DNA from: a virus | Taxonomy: Duplodnaviria; Caudoviricetes | DNA: 64,000 nt | Direction: 5' to 3' (one strand) | Virus record (IMG/VR): IMGVR_UViG_3300028591_000071 | In this document: in pieces, positions 59,106 to 64,000 of the stretch | How the letters are laid out: each line of letters begins with the position of its first letter | Position numbering within the stretch: position 1 is the stretch's first letter | Notes under the pieces: model-generated | Databases searched by the model: none | Told to the model about the DNA's origin: nothing | Seen by the model: only the letters and a program-made list of their open reading frames with translations | Position numbers and translations under genes: made by a program

Positions 59106-59176
59106 CAACGATAAATAGTTTTATAAACAAAAAGAGCCACCGAAGCGGCTCTCTTTTCGTTATTTGCAAGATTTGA

Positions 59177-59398
59177 TTATCCACCAATCTGTGCTCCGTT
59201 CTCTTCGAAGAACTTCTCAACATCAACAATCTCGAGCTGGTCGTGCCCAAGTGCCTTAGCACCCATGAACTCGATAAGCGGCTGCTCATCGTTCGTTCCG
59301 ACACCGCCGGCTGCGTCGATTGCCTTAGGCATGAGTCCTTCAAACTCAATTCCTTCGATGAAATCATAGTTCATCATTTCATGGTTTTCTGTAAACAT
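59177..59398 (-). CDS. Small protein paralogous to the N-terminus of the upstream gene
   Basis: YDFIEGIEFEGLMPKA...LGHDQLEIV. Confidence 0.75.
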   Translation of the reverse strand: MFTENHEMMNYDFIEGIEFEGLMPKAIDAAGGVGTNDEQPLIEFMGAKALGHDQLEIVDVEKFFEENGAQIGG

Positions 59399-59425
59399 AA
59401 TAGCTATTAGTTTTTTCTTTTATTT

Positions 59426-61015
59426 TTAGTCTTTAACAACTTCATATACTTTCTTTCCTTCTTCAACGGATTCTACTACATGATAACCTTCTGCAACATA
59501 ACTTACAGGACCGCCAGGTTCGCCGTATGTAACTGCGGGGTTATACTCGTAAAATTTACCGCCGTAAACTTTGATTTTTGCTGTTCCAGCAGTATAATTT
59601 GCGTCGTAGCAATTTAACAAGAACTTAAGGTTTCCATTAGCGTCCCTTTCTGCGGTTTCCGCGTTAAGCAGTTTGAATGTTCCGCCATATACATTGATGG
59701 TTCCGAGTAACGAATAAAGCGTGTGGGTGTAACCGCGATATTCGCCTGACATGAGGTTAACGACGGCATTTTCTCCATTTGAGAAAATAAGATATGCTTC
59801 GTGATTGTTTTCAAATACGCCACCGCCAACGGAGTCCATGATTGTGATTTCTGAAGCGCCGCCCCTTATGTAATATGAGCCAAGGTTTGAACTTTCCGCC
59901 CTTGTGTCGCCGCACCTCCAAGTATGTCCGTTAAGGTCGATAATTTCCTTTCCGCTTGCAAGTACAGAGTATGCACGACCCTTTGTCAGTTCAATATCAG
60001 TATCGAGGATAATCTTACCATTTGCAGGTGATGATGACATAAGTTTTGAGTTACTGTCCTGTGTCACATGGTATTCAGGGTAAGTAATAACACAACCGTC
60101 AGGGACAACCAACTCATCGACGAAATCGTTGATGTCAGTTCCGTTTACGAAGATATTTCCTTTCTTAAGGATAAGTTTGTTGGCGTGGAATCCATTCTTT
60201 AACACAAGCGTGTTTTCGCTTACGGTCGCAGTAAGAACATCATATTTTCCACCCACTTCAACAGTTGCGTTTGGCGCGTAGATTTCAGGGCTTGCAGTAA
60301 CTGCGGTAACGCCATCGCTGAGCGTCAATTTTTCCTCTCCAAGATAAGTGATTCCGCAATCATCTCCCACGAAGTTAACAGAAACGCTTACAGGCTGATT
60401 CGTATCTTCAACTGATATGGTTCCGTGTACATTAGGGTATTGTGAACTTTCCACCGGCAACGACTTTCCGCTTAGGTAAATGTCATTATATTCCCCCTTT
60501 AGATAAACACTTCCGCCATTTGATACAACCGACACATTTGTAGGCTCTTCACTAGTGTTGTAAATCATCAAAGACTTTCCACTAGACTCATTGGTGAATG
60601 TCGCCCCGTTTTGAACCGCTCCGGAAATCGCGCCAGTGCGCTTTGCTCCTTCTGGAACCGTTATGTTGTTAACAGAATCTGTGCTTGTTGAATACCTTGT
60701 ACTTCCTGATTCAGCCGTCATTCCCGCAGCGATATCTTCAGCCGCCTGTTCTTGTTCCGCTGTATTTTCAGTTTCTTCGGGTTTTACTACTTCATGTTTT
60801 GTTTCACCGCTTTCGGACCCGCCTGACTTTTCAAACAAAGCATTGATGCTTATCACTTCAAGTGCATCAGCACCAAGGTGTGCACTTTTAAATAAATGAT
60901 TGGATTTGGCATCTCCGCCATCGCCGGTTGAATATCCTTCCATCGCCTTCGGTGCAAGACCGTCGAATACTATGCCTTCGATGAAGTCATATTTTTTCAT
61001 TTCATTGTTAGCCAT
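59426..61015 (-). CDS. Putative virion surface/fibre protein with beta-helix-like repeats
   Basis: I.V.GG.F repeats, IILDTDIEL/IDLNGHT; late motif at 61047. Confidence 0.65.
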   Translation of the reverse strand: MANNEMKKYDFIEGIVFDGLAPKAMEGYSTGDGGDAKSNHLFKSAHLGADALEVISINALFEKSGGSESGETKHEVVKPEETENTAEQEQAAEDIAAGMTAESGSTRYSTSTDSVNNITVPEGAKRTGAISGAVQNGATFTNESSGKSLMIYNTSEEPTNVSVVSNGGSVYLKGEYNDIYLSGKSLPVESSQYPNVHGTISVEDTNQPVSVSVNFVGDDCGITYLGEEKLTLSDGVTAVTASPEIYAPNATVEVGGKYDVLTATVSENTLVLKNGFHANKLILKKGNIFVNGTDINDFVDELVVPDGCVITYPEYHVTQDSNSKLMSSSPANGKIILDTDIELTKGRAYSVLASGKEIIDLNGHTWRCGDTRAESSNLGSYYIRGGASEITIMDSVGGGVFENNHEAYLIFSNGENAVVNLMSGEYRGYTHTLYSLLGTINVYGGTFKLLNAETAERDANGNLKFLLNCYDANYTAGTAKIKVYGGKFYEYNPAVTYGEPGGPVSYVAEGYHVVESVEEGKKVYEVVKD

Positions 61016-61062
61016 AATGTTTTAAAGTTAGTGTTTTATACTAACCATAAATAGTCAGGAAA

Positions 61063-61785
61063 CTAGAAAGTTTTGAGCATGTGTCTCCTTAATATGTTCT
61101 GTGCTGTTCCCGAGTTCTTTTTTATGTCTCTCACCAATGCAATGTCCCTCGATGATGCCGCCGTCATCGCCGCATCACGTTCTTCATCACCCTTAAAGCC
61201 GCCCTTTGTTTTAGTAATCTTAGGATTTATATTCCTCGGGGCATCAAGCATGTGATACACAGTAACCCTTTCGGGCTCGATGCAGAGAATGTCCATCAAA
61301 TAATTCTGTGCCATTATATCTGCCCCCTGATAATCACCGACAATGAATTTTGCATTTGGATTTTCGTGGAGTGCAAAGTTTATAAGTGGTTCGTAATTGA
61401 ATTCGAATTCGTTTGCTGTTATATCCCTGTGGCCTGAAATAAAATAGGTATTTTCAACATCCAACGTGTCTTCTTCCGATTTATGCAGTTCTTCATAAAT
61501 CTTGTCAAGGTCCGCGTTACCTACCTTCTCATATTCATACTTTCCCTTTATCACCTTGTTCAGGGTCTTTCCCTGTGACGCATCAGTTCCGCCACCGACG
61601 AAGAGGACATAATCTTCAAATTTTACACCCGTATATTTGTATGTGGTTCCGTTGTTGAATGTTATGAACAGGTCGCCTTTGTTTTCGTTGTCGTATTCAA
61701 CCATCTCGGAGTATTTTATCATTGACGAATCATACCACACTTTTTGAGTTTTCGTTTTTTCTTCGTATATTTTTTTGAGTATCAT
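61063..61785 (-). CDS. KTSC domain fused to a SLOG-like domain
   Basis: DSSMI...L.ITFNNG.TY.Y..V...S.GK..N..IK (KTSC); FISGHR...IVGD..GAD..A...RD..M (SLOG-like). Confidence 0.65.
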   Translation of the reverse strand: MILKKIYEEKTKTQKVWYDSSMIKYSEMVEYDNENKGDLFITFNNGTTYKYTGVKFEDYVLFVGGGTDASQGKTLNKVIKGKYEYEKVGNADLDKIYEELHKSEEDTLDVENTYFISGHRDITANEFEFNYEPLINFALHENPNAKFIVGDYQGADIMAQNYLMDILCIEPERVTVYHMLDAPRNINPKITKTKGGFKGDEERDAAMTAASSRDIALVRDIKKNSGTAQNILRRHMLKTF

Positions 61786-61845
61786 GGTTTTTTATTTTAA
61801 TATAAGGTATATAGTTCGTCAAATCAATACGGCTGAACCCCCTTA

Positions 61846-61877
61846 TTTGCTTTTTAATCCATTTTTGTGTATATTTG
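61846..61877 (+). promoter_or_regulatory. Bacteroidetes primary-sigma promoter (similar ones at ~8801, 24786, 30902, 33156, 34167)
   Basis: TTTG-N20-TATATTTG. Confidence 0.7.
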
Positions 61878-61905
61878 CAAAGACAAGAAATTTTATTTTT
61901 AGCAT

Positions 61906-64000
61906 ATGGCAGAAAACGAAAATGCAAAACCTGATGTACAGGTTCCAACACCGCAGATGTCGGATGAATTGATTAATCTTTTGGATTTCATAAAGAAGGA
62001 TTTATCAAAAGAATTACCAACCCTCACGATTGACTTGAATTATTTCCTCCTTGGAGTGTTGTCACACAAGGATAATGATTTGTATGTCCGTCTTGAGAGT
62101 TGCATCATGTCATCAACGCTGTCGGCGATGTACAACACATGGTATCAGGTGGTTTCGACAAAACAGATTTCAGCGGTTAAGCCGAACAGGGTTCCTTCAT
62201 TTGACCAAAAGATGACCGAAATCCTTATTGCCGCCGAAAAGGAGGCGATTGATATGGAGAGTGAATTTATTACTTCCGAACATGTTTTTCTCGCCATCCT
62301 CGCCGACCTCGATGATTCCAATAAAATAAGGAAGGTATTCAATAAAGCGGGCATCACATACGGTTATATGCGAGGAAAGATGTCAGAGGGGCGTCCAATG
62401 GAAGTCAAGGAAGTTGGAACTATTCAACTTCCAAACGGAGACAATGCACAGGTAAGGATGATTCGGGTTAAAGACCCTGAAGACATCAAGCGTGCGATTA
62501 AGAAAATGACCGGCCACGATATCATGGAGGACATGATGGGTAATTCGGAGATGGTGCCCGGCATGTCAAGGAAGAAAAAAGGGAAAAGCCAATATATTGA
62601 GGAGTATTGCACAAACCTCAATAAACTTGCATCCGAGGGAAAGATTGAAAAACTCGTTGGAAGAGAGCGCGAGGTAAATGAAATCATCCGCATTCTCGGA
62701 AGAAAGAAAAAGAACAACGCAATCCTCGTCGGAGGAGAAGGTGTTGGAAAAACCGCGATTGGAGAATCTATCGCGTGGAACATCGTCCATGGAGATGTGC
62801 CCGAGTTCCTTGTTGACAGGAAACTCGTATCTCTTGACATGACCGCTCTTATGGCGGGAACGACCCTTAGGGGCATGTTCGAAGAGCGAGTAAAGGGCAT
62901 TCTCGACGATATTCGTGCAGATAATTCATACATCCTGTTTATGGATAATATCGGAGCAATCCTCGCCGATAAGGGAAAGAACGATTTTGAGATTTCTGCG
63001 ATGCTCTCCCGCGCTTTGGAAAATGGCGAGATTCAGGTTATCGGAACATCTGATTTTGCCTCCTACAGGAAGACTTTTGACAAAGACCCGAGCCTTGCTC
63101 GCCGCTTTCAAAAAATTATAGTTGAAGCGCCGTCAAAGGAAGATTCCGTAAAGATACTTGAAGGTATTAAGCCTGCATACGAAAAGCATCACAATGTAAA
63201 ATATGATGATGCCGCAATCAAAGCGTGCGTTGAACTTGCTGACAGATACATTTCCGAAAGAAACCTTCCGGACTCGGCCATCGACCTTATCGATGAGGCT
63301 GGCGCCCACGAGAGTTTGATTAACGAGCCAGAAAAGTTAAGAGAACTCCGTATAAAGATGCTTGAAGAAAAAGAAGAGGAATCCGCGCCGCTCATCGAAG
63401 AGTATAACGAACTCAAGAAAGAGTTTGACGAGGATAGAAAGGAGAATCCAATTATCGTTACGAAAGAGAATATCCTTGACATCGTTTCGATGAAAACTGG
63501 TATTCCGGTCAACAATCTTACATCTGATGACAAGAAGAAGTTGTCAAATATCAATGACAGAATCAAAGAGGGTGTAATAGGACAGGACGAGGCTATCGAT
63601 ACCATTTGCAAAGCCCTCAAGAGAAACCGTATCGGATTGCACAAGAGCGGCTGTATGTACAGTTGTATAGAAATCGGAAAGACAGGTGTTGGGAAGACGC
63701 TTATTGCCAAGAAACTCGCCAAAGAATTGTTTGGCGACGAGAAGGCCCTTGTCCGTTTTGACATGTCTGAATATTCCGATAAGGTTTCGGTTAACAAACT
63801 CATTGGCTCGAATCCTGGATATGTCGGTTATGAAGAGGGCGGACAACTCACGGAAGCAATTAAGAACAAAAAGCATTGCGTGCTTCTCCTTGATGAAATT
63901 GAAAAGGCCGACCCCGAGGTGTATAACATCTTCCTTCAGGTTCTCGATGAAGGATTCCTTACTGACAACTCAGGCATGCATGTTGATTTCAGCAATGTGA
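61906..64000 (+). CDS. ClpC/ClpA-family AAA+ ATPase, 3'-truncated and absent from the ORF track
   Basis: Clp_N (ITSEHVFLAIL), VGREREV, GGEGVGKT, LARRFQ, LPDSAIDLIDEA, VIGQDEA, GKTGVGKT, FDMSEY, GYVGY, LLLDEIEKA. Confidence 0.93.
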   Translation, partial: MAENENAKPDVQVPTPQMSDELINLLDFIKKDLSKELPTLTIDLNYFLLGVLSHKDNDLYVRLESCIMSSTLSAMYNTWYQVVSTKQISAVKPNRVPSFDQKMTEILIAAEKEAIDMESEFITSEHVFLAILADLDDSNKIRKVFNKAGITYGYMRGKMSEGRPMEVKEVGTIQLPNGDNAQVRMIRVKDPEDIKRAIKKMTGHDIMEDMMGNSEMVPGMSRKKKGKSQYIEEYCTNLNKLASEGKIEKLVGREREVNEIIRILGRKKKNNAILVGGEGVGKTAIGESIAWNIVHGDVPEFLVDRKLVSLDMTALMAGTTLRGMFEERVKGILDDIRADNSYILFMDNIGAILADKGKNDFEISAMLSRALENGEIQVIGTSDFASYRKTFDKDPSLARRFQKIIVEAPSKEDSVKILEGIKPAYEKHHNVKYDDAAIKACVELADRYISERNLPDSAIDLIDEAGAHESLINEPEKLRELRIKMLEEKEEESAPLIEEYNELKKEFDEDRKENPIIVTKENILDIVSMKTGIPVNNLTSDDKKKLSNINDRIKEGVIGQDEAIDTICKALKRNRIGLHKSGCMYSCIEIGKTGVGKTLIAKKLAKELFGDEKALVRFDMSEYSDKVSVNKLIGSNPGYVGYEEGGQLTEAIKNKKHCVLLLDEIEKADPEVYNIFLQVLDEGFLTDNSGMHVDFSNV

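Noticed and set aside
1-64000. Stop-codon reassignment (TAG to Gln, as in Lak and some crAss-like phages)
   Set aside because: Core genes are full length in code 11, and TAG occurs as a normal terminal stop (e.g. 17174, 31791, 25413).
62145-64000. Listed ORFs 62145-62357, 62424-62933, 63189-63803 (-) and 63686-64000 (+)
   Set aside because: Antisense or off-frame shadows of the Clp ATPase reading frame starting at 61906.

Overview
This is a 64-kb segment of a large T4-like (jumbo myovirus-type) phage genome. The host is most likely a Bacteroidales species, inferred from TTTG-N~20-TAnnTTTG promoters and AT-rich leaders without Shine-Dalgarno sites. It reads normally in genetic code 11. Core genes: family B DNA polymerase (5'-truncated), dUTPase, three glycosyltransferases, a gp55-like late sigma factor, baseplate/neck genes, portal, terminase, major capsid, scaffold, prohead protease and a ClpC-like ATPase that runs off the window end and is missing from the ORF track. 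Features not explained by the ORF list: (1) a 248-nt ORF-less group I intron splitting the terminase, next to a free-standing endonuclease fused in frame to a virion-type protein; (2) a probable -1 programmed frameshift in a head-region gene; (3) a 1.29-kb deleted IS1595-type element carrying passenger genes; (4) two copies of a ~90-nt circularly permuted tRNA-like RNA, upstream of a switchable attenuator-like leader and an EcoRI-type methylase/DUF262-HNH locus; (5) four sigma54-type promoters and a late-promoter motif that is the reverse complement of T4's; (6) many proteins sharing a putative head-targeting/protease-processing motif, including a 1128-aa multidomain polyprotein. All calls are by-eye motif and base-pairing analysis; no database searches were run.
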